From UHGV virus genome UHGV-0209071: a stretch of DNA of 53,823 nt, one strand, 5' to 3'. Both the position numbers and the translations under genes were made by a program. The stretch is from a virus. Below, piece by piece: positions 36,494 to 46,645 of this stretch (position 1 is its first letter; each line of letters begins with the position of its first letter). Below the pieces are notes generated by a model that did not search any database, was not told the origin of the DNA, and saw only the letters and a program-made list of their open reading frames with translations.

Positions 36494-36778
36494 ATGAAAG
36501 CAATTATTGTAGGATTGGTATTGTCTTTTTATTGTACTTATTCTTTTGCTCAGATTGAGGAAGTGCAGCTTTTGGATAGCATGAAATCTCAAGCGTGCAA
36601 TGGAAATAAGGCATGTGAATCTATGTTTATATCAGCAATTAGTATGGCATCGAATATTGCTAGATATCATGGTGAATGCCTTAGGGACGGCGACACATCC
36701 AAGCAATGTCTCAATGCCAAGATAACTTACGAGCATATAGCATCTGAGTATGAGCAAGATAAAAAGTCCCGGCAGTGA
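36494..36778 (+). CDS. small secreted Cys-rich protein (signal peptide MKAIIVGLVLSFYCTYSFA), AT-rich moron
   Basis: Perfect GGAGGGGAGG RBS; 94 aa; low GC. Confidence 0.55.
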   Translation: MKAIIVGLVLSFYCTYSFAQIEEVQLLDSMKSQACNGNKACESMFISAISMASNIARYHGECLRDGDTSKQCLNAKITYEHIASEYEQDKKSRQ

Positions 36779-36943
36779 ACATAAACCTTTCTGAGGAAGT
36801 TGATTTATCTTAAGTTAGGCAGTGGCAATGATATTTCATGCTGATAGAGATGGTATCCGCATATATGGCGCAAGGCTATGATGCTGCTTTGAGGTGGAGA
36901 AAGAGTTGCTGGTAGCTATAGAATATCATTGTTTAAACATTTC

Positions 36944-36975
36944 CAAACCCGCTTAATCGGCGGGTTTTTTATTGC
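36944..36975 (+). terminator. rho-independent terminator (AAACCCGC-ttaatcg-GCGGGTTT+TTTATT)
   Basis: Read directly; just before the tape-measure gene. Confidence 0.65.
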
Positions 36976-36988
36976 CCGGAGATAGGTA

Positions 36989-39900
36989 ATGACTGAACAA
37001 ACATCCCGCCTCGCTATTATTCTCGATAGCACCGGAGCAGAAAAGAATGCGGATAGTTTAGCCAGTGCTCTAAACAAAATAACAGCAGAGGGTGAAAAAG
37101 CTGAGTTCGCAACGGATAATCTTTCCGCAGCTACTAAAGATCTGAACTCACATCTTAAGGTTGGACCAAAACACGCTATCGAAAATGCGAAGTCAACAAG
37201 GTCGCAGCGGGAAGAAATAGAAAAATTACTGGATAAGCTGGATCCTACATCAAAGGCGTTTGATGAGCTGGATAAAGCAATGGAGCGGCTGAAAAAGGCA
37301 AATCTATCTGGTGTGCTGGGGGCTGAGGAATTCAGCCACTACAGTTCCATCATTGATCAAACCCGCAATCGTCTTCAGTCTGCTCAGGATGAATTGACTG
37401 GGTATACGCAGGCCCAGAGAGAAGCTGCGAAAGCTGCTCAGGATTCAGCAGCGCAACAGGCGCAGCAAGAGCGAATTCTCACGCAATTACAGGCTCGCCT
37501 TGATCCCGTAACCCACGCATTACAGGCTCTTGACGAGCAGCAGCGGCAAATTTTCGAATATACGTATAGTGGTGCGCTTAGTATCCAGCAGTATGATGCC
37601 TACAGTGCCAAAATTGCCGAAGCCCGCCGTGAGTTGAACGGAGAAGCGCAGGCAGAACGTGAGGCAGTAAAGGCTCAGGAAGAGCAGCGTGCTTCGTTGC
37701 AGCGGTTAGTTGGCCAACTTGACCCTTTCTCAGCTGCGTTAGATAAAATCAAGAAACAGCGAGCTGAACTGTCGGCAGCCAAAGATGCCGGGCTGCTTAC
37801 GCCTGAATACCACGCAGAGCTTTCAAATAAGCTGGATTTGACGGAGAAAGGGCTCAATCAGGTCAGCAATGAAATGCGGTATGGGGCCATCTCGGCAGGG
37901 CAGTATAAAAATGCCATGCGGTTACTCCCCGCGCAGTTGAATGATATTGCTGTTGGCCTGGCTGGTGGTATGCCTTTGTTCACTATCTTCATGCAACAGG
38001 GTTCGCAGATCGCTGATTCGTTTGGCGGCTGGGGTAATCTGTTCGAGATCATAAAACAGCAGTTGCTGGGGGCCGGAGATGCCGCCGATGAATCAAGCGA
38101 TTCCCTGTCAGCTAACGCTAACTCATTGTCTGAAAATGCAGAGAATGCCAAAAAACTGACTGGATTTCTGAATCCCATGACTATCGGGATCGGCGCTCTT
38201 GTCGCAGTTGTGGGTACTCTCACATATGCCTGGTACAAAGGCAGCCAGGAGCAACAGGAGTTCAATAAGTCCCTTGTTCTGACCGGGAATATTGCCGGGG
38301 TAACCACCGGGCAATTGGCAGACATGGCGAGATCGGTCGCAGATAATACAGGGAATACCACAGCCGCCGCCGCTCAGGCACTAAACCGTGTTGTCTCTGG
38401 TGGTAAAATCGCTACAGGTTCAATGCAGACTGTCACAGAGGCCGTTGTCGCAATGAACGATGCGACCGATGAATCTATCGATAGCATGGTGGCAGACTTC
38501 GAGAAAATCGCACAAAACCCGGTAGCCGCTATCGGAGAACTGAACGACAAATATCACTTCCTGACTCTGGCAACTTACAACCAGATTAAGGCGTTGCAGG
38601 ACGAGGGTAATCAGCAAGAGGCTGCGAGACTGGCAACAGAGACGTATGCTGCGACTATGAAGCAGCGTGCTGACCAGATTCAGGGTAACCTCGGATCACT
38701 GGAGCAGGCATGGAAATGGTTGGGTGATGCCGCGAAAGGTGCCTGGGATGCCATGCTTGATATAGGTCGTGAAAAATCTATAGAGCAAAAAATAGCAGAA
38801 GCTCAGGACGAACTGGGTAGGGCGCAAAAGTCACTTTCTGATTTAAGTGCCGGACAATCAAAATATGCTGGGCCATATGGAGCATGGAAGTCTAGCGACC
38901 TTTCCATGCTTCAAAAGGGGGTCGATGCTGCTAAAGCGCGACTAGCTTCATTGCAGTCCGAGAAAATGGCTCAGGACGCCATTAATGAATCCTATGACCC
39001 ATACCTTAAAAAACAGCAGGAAGGGATAAAACTACAGCAGAAGGCTGATGCCTTTTCTCAGAAATATCAGACACGGCAGCAGCAACGTGCTAAAGAGTTG
39101 GCTGAGCTATCCAAGTATCGCGGGAAATATACTCAAGAAGAATATGACAGAATATATTCTGAAATAAATGACCGCTACAAAGACCCGAAATCACCCAAGA
39201 CGCCAAAGGGTAAAGCATATACCGAGGACGCGGCAACCCGGCTGCTTGATCAAATAAACCAGCAGACAGCTGCCATGCAGTACCAACTGGATGCCAGCGA
39301 TAAGCTAAGTAGCGCAACCCTGGCGCGGGTTAAGTTCGAACAGCAGATCGCAGAGCTTAAGTCTAAAACGCAGCTAACCGCCGACCAGAAGTCGATTCTT
39401 TCCCGTTCAGATGAAATCCTCCAAGCGTATAAGCAGCAGGAGGCACTGCAAAACTCCGTAAAAACCCTGGATGATTACCGGAAAATGCAGGAACAGGTAA
39501 AGACGAAGGATGAGCGGACCAACGATCTGCTTAAAACCCGTCTTGAACTGCTGGAGAAAGCCAAAGCAACCGGGCAACTAAAACCCGGTGAATATGAAAA
39601 AACACGGGCAGATATTTATCAAAACACCGATATGCAACTGCCCTCGACGGTTCGTAATGTTGTGGGTAATACCACGCCAACTGGCGGCCAACTGTCAGGA
39701 ACATTCGGAGGAATGCAGCAGCAATATAGCCAACTCGATCAGGCACAAAAAGATCTGGATGCCTGGCTTTCCCGGCAGGAAGAGGCTTACGCAAAAGCCG
39801 GTGTTATCACAGCTGAGGGCGAAGCGAGAATGCAAAAAACTCGCGCCGATGCTGCTAACGCTGCTGCGGTTATAGAGGCCCAAAAAAACGCCATCATTAC

Positions 39901-40567
39901 CAGCACTACGCAAAGCATGATGGACAGTGGATTAAGTATTCTGGCTGATGGTTTTGGTCAGCAATCCGGCATCTACAAAGCAGCGTTCGCAGCCAGTAAA
40001 GCCTATGCGATCGCACAGTCTATGGTGGCAATCAATGCGGGTATCGCCCAGGCCGCAAGTCTGCCCTTCCCGTCAAATTTGATGGCTATGGCAACGGTTG
40101 CTATGGAGACCGCCAATATCGTCTCAAACATAAAAGCGGTTGCTGATACTGGCTTTGCCTCTGGCGGCTATACCGGCCCCGGCGGTAAGTATCAGCCCGC
40201 AGGTATTGTTCATAAAGGAGAGTACGTCTTTGACCAGGCGTCAACGAACCGGATCGGCGTGTCTCAGCTTGAGGCACTTCGAAATGGCCAACCGCTAGAT
40301 GCAACTCTGGGGCGTACAGGGTTTGGTACTGGTGTTCAGAACGTTAACAGCGACAACAGCAGCAAGACCACCATCCATGCTCCCATTGAGCAGCATTTCC
40401 ATACCCCGCCCGGTGTGACACCTGATCAGATGGCTCTCTCCATGGCTCAAACGCAGAAGCGGGCGACAACGGAAGCCCTTGATCAGGTTGCTGCGCAAGT
40501 GTTGAGAGGAGATGGGAAAGTTGGTAAGGCAATGCGCAGTAAATATCCAGGCAGAGGGTTAGAATGA
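36989..40567 (+). CDS. tape measure protein
   Basis: 1192 aa, long Ala/Gln-rich helical protein after G/GT. Confidence 0.85.
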   Translation: MTEQTSRLAIILDSTGAEKNADSLASALNKITAEGEKAEFATDNLSAATKDLNSHLKVGPKHAIENAKSTRSQREEIEKLLDKLDPTSKAFDELDKAMERLKKANLSGVLGAEEFSHYSSIIDQTRNRLQSAQDELTGYTQAQREAAKAAQDSAAQQAQQERILTQLQARLDPVTHALQALDEQQRQIFEYTYSGALSIQQYDAYSAKIAEARRELNGEAQAEREAVKAQEEQRASLQRLVGQLDPFSAALDKIKKQRAELSAAKDAGLLTPEYHAELSNKLDLTEKGLNQVSNEMRYGAISAGQYKNAMRLLPAQLNDIAVGLAGGMPLFTIFMQQGSQIADSFGGWGNLFEIIKQQLLGAGDAADESSDSLSANANSLSENAENAKKLTGFLNPMTIGIGALVAVVGTLTYAWYKGSQEQQEFNKSLVLTGNIAGVTTGQLADMARSVADNTGNTTAAAAQALNRVVSGGKIATGSMQTVTEAVVAMNDATDESIDSMVADFEKIAQNPVAAIGELNDKYHFLTLATYNQIKALQDEGNQQEAARLATETYAATMKQRADQIQGNLGSLEQAWKWLGDAAKGAWDAMLDIGREKSIEQKIAEAQDELGRAQKSLSDLSAGQSKYAGPYGAWKSSDLSMLQKGVDAAKARLASLQSEKMAQDAINESYDPYLKKQQEGIKLQQKADAFSQKYQTRQQQRAKELAELSKYRGKYTQEEYDRIYSEINDRYKDPKSPKTPKGKAYTEDAATRLLDQINQQTAAMQYQLDASDKLSSATLARVKFEQQIAELKSKTQLTADQKSILSRSDEILQAYKQQEALQNSVKTLDDYRKMQEQVKTKDERTNDLLKTRLELLEKAKATGQLKPGEYEKTRADIYQNTDMQLPSTVRNVVGNTTPTGGQLSGTFGGMQQQYSQLDQAQKDLDAWLSRQEEAYAKAGVITAEGEARMQKTRADAANAAAVIEAQKNAIITSTTQSMMDSGLSILADGFGQQSGIYKAAFAASKAYAIAQSMVAINAGIAQAASLPFPSNLMAMATVAMETANIVSNIKAVADTGFASGGYTGPGGKYQPAGIVHKGEYVFDQASTNRIGVSQLEALRNGQPLDATLGRTGFGTGVQNVNSDNSSKTTIHAPIEQHFHTPPGVTPDQMALSMAQTQKRATTEALDQVAAQVLRGDGKVGKAMRSKYPGRGLE

Positions 40568-41040
40568 TGACTGATATCTACTACCCGCATGACAGTCTTC
40601 CGATGCCATTACAGGAAGGATACGGATTCCAGCCTGTAAGCCCGTTAAAACGAACCCAGTTAACCACCGGCCGCGCGCGGCAAAGGCGAGCTTATACGTC
40701 CACACCGACGCAGGCCAGCATCACCTGGTTTATGGAAACCGATGCGCAGGGACTGGCGTTTGAGTCCTGGTTCCGTGATGCGTTATCTGACGGGACTGCA
40801 TGGTTCATGATGAAGCTGCAGACGCCGGCAGGCATTAAGTTTTACAAATGCCGTTTTACAGATATTTATCAGGGACCGGTACTGGTGGCCCCGATTTACT
40901 GGAAGTACACAGCGACGCTTGAATTATGGGAACGCCCCCTTGCTCCTGCCCCATGGGGTAATTACCCGGAATGGATCGTCGGCAGCTCACTGCTGGATAT
41001 TGCGCTGAATAAGGAGTGGCCGAAGCATGACGCAGATTAA
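40564..41040 (+). CDS. distal tail protein (lambda M-like)
   Basis: 158 aa; order after TMP. Confidence 0.55.
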   Translation: MMTDIYYPHDSLPMPLQEGYGFQPVSPLKRTQLTTGRARQRRAYTSTPTQASITWFMETDAQGLAFESWFRDALSDGTAWFMMKLQTPAGIKFYKCRFTDIYQGPVLVAPIYWKYTATLELWERPLAPAPWGNYPEWIVGSSLLDIALNKEWPKHDAD

Positions 41041-41509
41041 ACGCCTCTACGCCAGCAGCGGACCGGAGGTGATCATTGAAACGCTGCAGATCACCATTGG
41101 CTCTGATGTTCACTACCTTTGCCAGGGTTACGACAACATCACGGCAACGACGGAGAACGGCGATACCGTAACGTTTACCGCCTGTGCGATAGACATTGCT
41201 CTGCCGGCGCGCAATGCGGACGGCACGCAGGACCTCAAATTTGCCTTGTGCAATATCGACGGCGTTGTGTCCACGGCGATCCGCAAAGCCCTGGCTAACC
41301 GTCTGTCTGCATTTCTGACGTACCGGCGTTATATCTCCACGGATTTAGCGGCCCCTGCGGAAGTGCCGTATACGCTGAAAATCAAGTCGGGCTCCTGGAC
41401 GGCGACAGAGGTGCAGATCACTGCGGGCTACATGAATATCCTCGATACCGCCTGGCCGCGATACCGCTACACGCTCCCTGTATTCCCCGGACTGCGTTAT
41501 ATCAGCTAA
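41027..41509 (+). CDS. tail protein (lambda L-like, DUF1833)
   Basis: 160 aa; order. Confidence 0.5.
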   Translation: MTQIKRLYASSGPEVIIETLQITIGSDVHYLCQGYDNITATTENGDTVTFTACAIDIALPARNADGTQDLKFALCNIDGVVSTAIRKALANRLSAFLTYRRYISTDLAAPAEVPYTLKIKSGSWTATEVQITAGYMNILDTAWPRYRYTLPVFPGLRYIS

Positions 41510-41518
41510 GGAATCCCA

Positions 41519-41899
41519 ATGTTTAACCCTGATAAATACCGTTCAGTCACCTGGCTGAAGGGCGGGCGCGTATACCCGCAACTCGACTGTTTCGGCATTG
41601 TGAATGAGATACGCCGCGACCTGAATTTACCCGAATGGCCCGATTTTGCAGGGGTCACCAAAGACGGCGGGGGCCTCGACCGGGAAGCGAGAAAGCTGAT
41701 GCTTTCGCTGAAACGTTGTGAACCCTGCGAAGGGGCCGGGGTGGCCTGCTATTCCGGGTCGACCGTCACCCACGTAGGGATCGTGGTCAGTATCGGTGGC
41801 CTGCTGCATGTGGCGGAATGCAACCCAGGCACGAACGTCACCTTTCTGCCCTTGCCGCGGTTTAAGCGTCGATTTGTCAAAGTGGAGTTCTGGCGATGA
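41519..41899 (+). CDS. tail-associated NlpC/P60-family peptidase (lambda K-like)
   Basis: 126 aa with Cys/His context (GVACYSGSTVTHVGIV). Confidence 0.55.
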   Translation: MFNPDKYRSVTWLKGGRVYPQLDCFGIVNEIRRDLNLPEWPDFAGVTKDGGGLDREARKLMLSLKRCEPCEGAGVACYSGSTVTHVGIVVSIGGLLHVAECNPGTNVTFLPLPRFKRRFVKVEFWR

Positions 41900-44800
41900 C
41901 CATTCGTTTTTACCCGTCCCGGCTTCCCGGTGAACCACTCGAAACGCATGAGCATGGTGTAACCAGTATTCGCAGCTGGCTGGTAGCAAATGTTGAAGGC
42001 TACGAGGATCGGGATGTCCCACCGCTGACCGTTGAGGTTGGGGGGCTGTTAATTCCGCAAGGCGAGTGGGCTAAGTGTGTGATTCGCCCTGATAGTGATG
42101 TCAGGCTTTATCCGGTTCCCTTCGGGCTGGAGGCCGCCACAATCGCGTGGATCGGCGTCGGTATCTCCGTTGCCGCTGCAGCCTATTCGCTGTTTATGAT
42201 GAGCACCATCGATACGGGCGGCTATACCTCATCCACAGGGCGGAGTCTCGACCTTAACCCGGCAAAGGCGAATTCCGCAAAACTCGGTGATGCCATTCGT
42301 GAGGTATTTGGCCGGGTGCGTATCTACCCTGATTATGTGGTGCAGCCGGTTACCCGGTTTGATGCCGCCGATCCTACGAAAATGCGCGTCCAGATGCTGC
42401 TGTGTCTCGGTGTCGGTGATTTGATTTATACCAATGGCGATATCAGGGTTGGCAGTACGCCAGCTTCAACGCTACCTGGATTTAGCAGCACCCATTACCC
42501 GCCAGGCGCGGACGTTTCCGGTGATGAGCGCAGCGAAAACTGGGTCAACTCCACCGAAGTGGGCGGGACGTCATCCGGCACCGGGCTGGATATGGCCCAG
42601 ACGTCGCCGGACGCAGACGACATTATCGCAGACAGCATGACCGTCTCCGGATCGAGCGTGACGTTTACGGGGCTGGATACGGATGATGATGACGATAATG
42701 ACGAGAACGATAACGCGCTGCCGCCCAGCTGGGTCGCTGGCGCCGTGGTCGAACTTAAAGCCCAGGCGAACTACCAGATCACCACGGCGGCCGGATACAG
42801 CGTTATCGCAAGCCCGCTGCTGACGGAGATCGCGCCGGTGGTTGGAATGCCGGTGACGCTGGGGTTTAACTCTGTCGATTACGATCTGTTTATCGCGTCA
42901 TATACCCCCGGTCAGGCTGCAGTGCCCGGCACCGGGGGGAGTGCGGCAAAAGTCCAGGCCAGTGCGGCCCCGACCACCTACGATTTTTCGACCAGCTCCA
43001 GCACGTTCACGATCACCTGGCAGGGGGTTACCTACCCGGTGTCGCTGGTGGCTAACTACGTCTCGATGTCGGGACTGCTGGCGGCCATCACCGAGGGACT
43101 CACTGGCTCCGGCCTGGTTGCGCAGGACAACGGCGGCACCGTACTGATAACCGAGTCGGCCAGTCCGTTCGCGGGTGGGGAGATCACGTCCTCTTCGCTG
43201 CCCGCAGCTGCTTTCGGTGATGCCCCGGTTTACACCTCCGGCACGGCATCAACCGGCGGCAGCCCGGCGGTAACGGCGAATGTGACGCTTGCCTATAACA
43301 GCGCCACGGGAACAGCCTTTTCCGGCATGCCGGAGGGGGTGCAACGGCTTTCACTTGCTCACCGCGGGAATGAGTACCGCATTGTCTCGACCGACGGCAC
43401 AACGGCGACGGTGGCGCGCCTGATTAATGGTGCCGTTGATGAGTCATGGCCGGGATTCACCGCCCGGACGATGATCGACTATGAGGCCACTGGTCTTAAC
43501 GACACGCTGAGCTGGCTGGGGCCGTTCCTGGTTTGCCCTGAAAATGAGACCGTGGATATGTTCGAGGTGAATTTCTCCTTCCCGAACGGCATCTGTGGCT
43601 TTGACAGCAAAGGGAAAAAGCGGCTTCGGCATGTTGAGTGGGAGATTCAGTATCGCGTCTACGGTTCCGGAACGGGGTGGGTGAGTCACCAGGGAGAGTA
43701 TGCGCTTAAAAACGTCAACGGGCTGGGATTCACTGAGCGGATCACCCTCAGCTCACCAGGGCTGGTAGAGGTTCGCTGTCGCCGGCGCAATGAGCAGGGC
43801 TCAAACAACGCCAGGGATTCGATGTACTGGCAGGCACTGCGCGGGCGACTGCTGACGCGCCCTTCATCCTATCCCGGCGTGTCGCTGATGGCGGTGACCG
43901 TTGAGACGGGGGGCAAATTGGCGGCTCAGTCAGACCGCCGCGTAAACGTTGTGGCCACGCGGGCCTATGACTCAGGAACGGCCAGAACCATTTCTGGGGC
44001 GCTGCTGCATGTCGGGAACTCGCTGGGACTGGAGATGGACGTCGACACCATCAATGTGCTGGAGTCTGCATACTGGACGCCACGCGGCGAGTATTTCGAC
44101 TTTGCTACCGGCGACAGTATCTCAGCGCTGGAAATGCTGCAGAAGATAGCTAATGCCGGGAAGTCACGTTTTCTGCTGAGTGATGGCCTGGCGACGGTCA
44201 ACCGTGAGGGGATTAAGCCCTGGACTGGCGTGATCACTCCGCATGAGATGGTGGAGGAGCTGCAGAGCGGATTTACCGTACCGTCCGACGATGATTTTGA
44301 TGGCGTCGACGTGACATACATCAACGGGACTACCTGGGCGGAGGAGACCGTTAAATGCCGGAGGCCTGATAATCCCACGCCGGTGAAAATCGAGAACTAC
44401 AAACTCGATGGGGTACTGAATCAGGATCACGCCTACCAGATCGGCATGCGTCGCCTGATGAAATACCTGCAGCAGCGGGTGACGTTTCAGACCACTACCG
44501 AGCTGGACGCGCTGTGCTACAACACGGGCGATCGCATTGTGCTCACGGATGATATTCCGGGTAACAACACGATCTCCTGTCTGGTGGAGGCGATGACAAC
44601 GGCTGGTGGCGTGACAACGTTCACCGTTACGGAGCCGCTGGACTGGTCTTTCGAAAATCCCCGAGCGCTGATCCGCTATCAGGATGGCTCTGCATCCGGG
44701 CTGATGGTGGCGAGCAGGGTGGGTGATTTTCAGCTGTCAGTCCCGCACCTGAGCGAGTTTGATGACCCGATGAAGGTTGACCTGTCGTCGGCAACCATCG

Positions 44801-44964
44801 AGCCGATCCGCCTGGTGTTCTGCGGCTCAACGCGCCACGTCTACGACGCCATTGTAGAGGAGATCGCTCCGCAGTCAGACGGAACCTGTCAGGTCACCGC
44901 TAAAGAATACCTCGAATCGTTCTACCAGTACGACGACGCCACATACCCCGGCGACGCTGCTTAA
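41896..44964 (+). CDS. tail tip / host-specificity protein (lambda I-like N-terminus fused to J-like central fibre), 1022 aa
   Basis: N-terminal I-like segment with TM-like stretch, long C-terminal fibre region; position. Confidence 0.6.
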   Translation: MTIRFYPSRLPGEPLETHEHGVTSIRSWLVANVEGYEDRDVPPLTVEVGGLLIPQGEWAKCVIRPDSDVRLYPVPFGLEAATIAWIGVGISVAAAAYSLFMMSTIDTGGYTSSTGRSLDLNPAKANSAKLGDAIREVFGRVRIYPDYVVQPVTRFDAADPTKMRVQMLLCLGVGDLIYTNGDIRVGSTPASTLPGFSSTHYPPGADVSGDERSENWVNSTEVGGTSSGTGLDMAQTSPDADDIIADSMTVSGSSVTFTGLDTDDDDDNDENDNALPPSWVAGAVVELKAQANYQITTAAGYSVIASPLLTEIAPVVGMPVTLGFNSVDYDLFIASYTPGQAAVPGTGGSAAKVQASAAPTTYDFSTSSSTFTITWQGVTYPVSLVANYVSMSGLLAAITEGLTGSGLVAQDNGGTVLITESASPFAGGEITSSSLPAAAFGDAPVYTSGTASTGGSPAVTANVTLAYNSATGTAFSGMPEGVQRLSLAHRGNEYRIVSTDGTTATVARLINGAVDESWPGFTARTMIDYEATGLNDTLSWLGPFLVCPENETVDMFEVNFSFPNGICGFDSKGKKRLRHVEWEIQYRVYGSGTGWVSHQGEYALKNVNGLGFTERITLSSPGLVEVRCRRRNEQGSNNARDSMYWQALRGRLLTRPSSYPGVSLMAVTVETGGKLAAQSDRRVNVVATRAYDSGTARTISGALLHVGNSLGLEMDVDTINVLESAYWTPRGEYFDFATGDSISALEMLQKIANAGKSRFLLSDGLATVNREGIKPWTGVITPHEMVEELQSGFTVPSDDDFDGVDVTYINGTTWAEETVKCRRPDNPTPVKIENYKLDGVLNQDHAYQIGMRRLMKYLQQRVTFQTTTELDALCYNTGDRIVLTDDIPGNNTISCLVEAMTTAGGVTTFTVTEPLDWSFENPRALIRYQDGSASGLMVASRVGDFQLSVPHLSEFDDPMKVDLSSATIEPIRLVFCGSTRHVYDAIVEEIAPQSDGTCQVTAKEYLESFYQYDDATYPGDAA

Positions 44965-45040
44965 TACCAAAAAAATCCCTTTCAACTTTTCTTTCGCTCA
45001 AACCCTCGTTTGAGCGAACGCCTTTTTTGGAGCAAAAAAC

Positions 45041-46645
45041 ATGGCCTTTAACCCGGAGCTGGGGAGCACGTCTCCCGCTGTGCTGCTCGATAACGCCGAG
45101 CGCCTGGATAAGCTGTTGAATGGGGACGCGGCTACCGTTCCAGACCGTGCCGGGCAACCGCTGGACACCTGGCGCAATCTGCAGGACTCATTTAATGAAA
45201 AAATGCAGGAGATTACCGATGTAATAGATTCCGTGGACAATGACGGTTTTACCTTCTCAACAAAGGAGCTTGGTTTAGCCGGAACTACTGAAGGCCAGTT
45301 TTTTCGGGTTGTGATTTTAGATGGCGATGGCGTGACGGTAGCCTTTGACTTCTATCAGCATAAAAGCGGTGTTGCTGTATTCCAGACTTCCCAGCCAAAC
45401 AAACGCTATGTTGATTCTGTAAATCAGCGCGTCACGAAGCTGGCGACCGATTACACCAGAAAAGATTATTACGGGGGAATGAAGGACGATAAAAACAGGC
45501 TCCCATTCCATTTTGACAGCAAAGCCAATGTGATATTGAAGCGTGATATTAATATCACTGCGATCGGGAAGGAGTACCCAGAAACAAAGCAAAAAGCGTT
45601 TACGGCATATGGGTATGGGTTTTTGTTTAAGTCGAGGCGTTTTGCAGGAGGTTTTTGTGATCCGCTTGGAAGGCTACCCTTTACTTATGACTTTAAAGGT
45701 GACCCCTATTTCAAAGGAAAACCAGCCAGAGAGTTTTTGGGGGTCAACGAACTTCATAAAAGCATTTATGGTAATGAATTCTCCGTATCTGTTTTTGGGG
45801 ACTCTTTAAGTTTTGGTGCCGGTACGGGTAGCCCGCCTAATGGGTGGGTGGAACAACTGGCAGCAGAAATGTCGGAGTTATCATTCCGAAAATTTGCAGT
45901 GGGTGGTCAGACTGCGTCTGAGATAGCAACGCGTCAGGGAGGATTTGTTAACTTACTTACGCTCCAGGGCAACACGATACCCGCCAGCGGCAGTGTCAAC
46001 GTTACGGCTCAGAAGTACCGCCCCATCACAGTAAACTCGGCAGGTGCCGGACAGACGAACCTCAAAGGAACGCTATTCGGTGTGCATGGTACGCTCAACG
46101 CAACGTATGACAGTTCCGGCAATATGCTGACAAATACGTTTACGAGAACGACCCCAGGTGATGCGGTTTATGTTGACCCCGAATCTGCGTTCATTCTGGA
46201 CAGCAATGACAGCGAATATGATATACAAATATTGTGCTACGGGCGTAACGATGTTTATGCGAATGATTTTAGAGAGCGCGTGTTAAGTGCGCTTTCCGCT
46301 TCGATAGCGCATATGAAATACCTCAATAAGCGATTCATTGTTATCTCTATCCCTAACCGTACGGGTGTAACTGAAATAAAAGGTAGTGCTGTATATAACA
46401 ATATCATCTCTGTTAATAAAGACGCTCAGTCTCTAGCTCCGGAGAGCTACCTCGATATCAGGTCACAACTGGTCAGGGCTTATAATCCTGCAGTGGCTCA
46501 GGATGTAATTGATTTTAATAATGACTGTCCGCCATCGTCGCTGATGTTTGATGAGACGCATCCAAACCAGAACGGTTATACCGTATGGAAGAATGCTATC
46601 AAAAAATTCATCATCGATAAAGGCTGGAACAAAAAACCAAGTTAA
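45041..46645 (+). CDS. tail fibre / receptor-binding protein with SGNH (GDSL) hydrolase domain
   Basis: Conserved N-terminal anchor, then GDSL block VSVFGDSLSFG and SGNH-like downstream blocks (CYGRNDV...DETHPN); lower GC than structural genes. Confidence 0.6.
   Translation: MAFNPELGSTSPAVLLDNAERLDKLLNGDAATVPDRAGQPLDTWRNLQDSFNEKMQEITDVIDSVDNDGFTFSTKELGLAGTTEGQFFRVVILDGDGVTVAFDFYQHKSGVAVFQTSQPNKRYVDSVNQRVTKLATDYTRKDYYGGMKDDKNRLPFHFDSKANVILKRDINITAIGKEYPETKQKAFTAYGYGFLFKSRRFAGGFCDPLGRLPFTYDFKGDPYFKGKPAREFLGVNELHKSIYGNEFSVSVFGDSLSFGAGTGSPPNGWVEQLAAEMSELSFRKFAVGGQTASEIATRQGGFVNLLTLQGNTIPASGSVNVTAQKYRPITVNSAGAGQTNLKGTLFGVHGTLNATYDSSGNMLTNTFTRTTPGDAVYVDPESAFILDSNDSEYDIQILCYGRNDVYANDFRERVLSALSASIAHMKYLNKRFIVISIPNRTGVTEIKGSAVYNNIISVNKDAQSLAPESYLDIRSQLVRAYNPAVAQDVIDFNNDCPPSSLMFDETHPNQNGYTVWKNAIKKFIIDKGWNKKPS

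Noticed and set aside
37858-38361. 167-aa minus-strand ORF
   Set aside because: Lies antisense inside the tape-measure gene.
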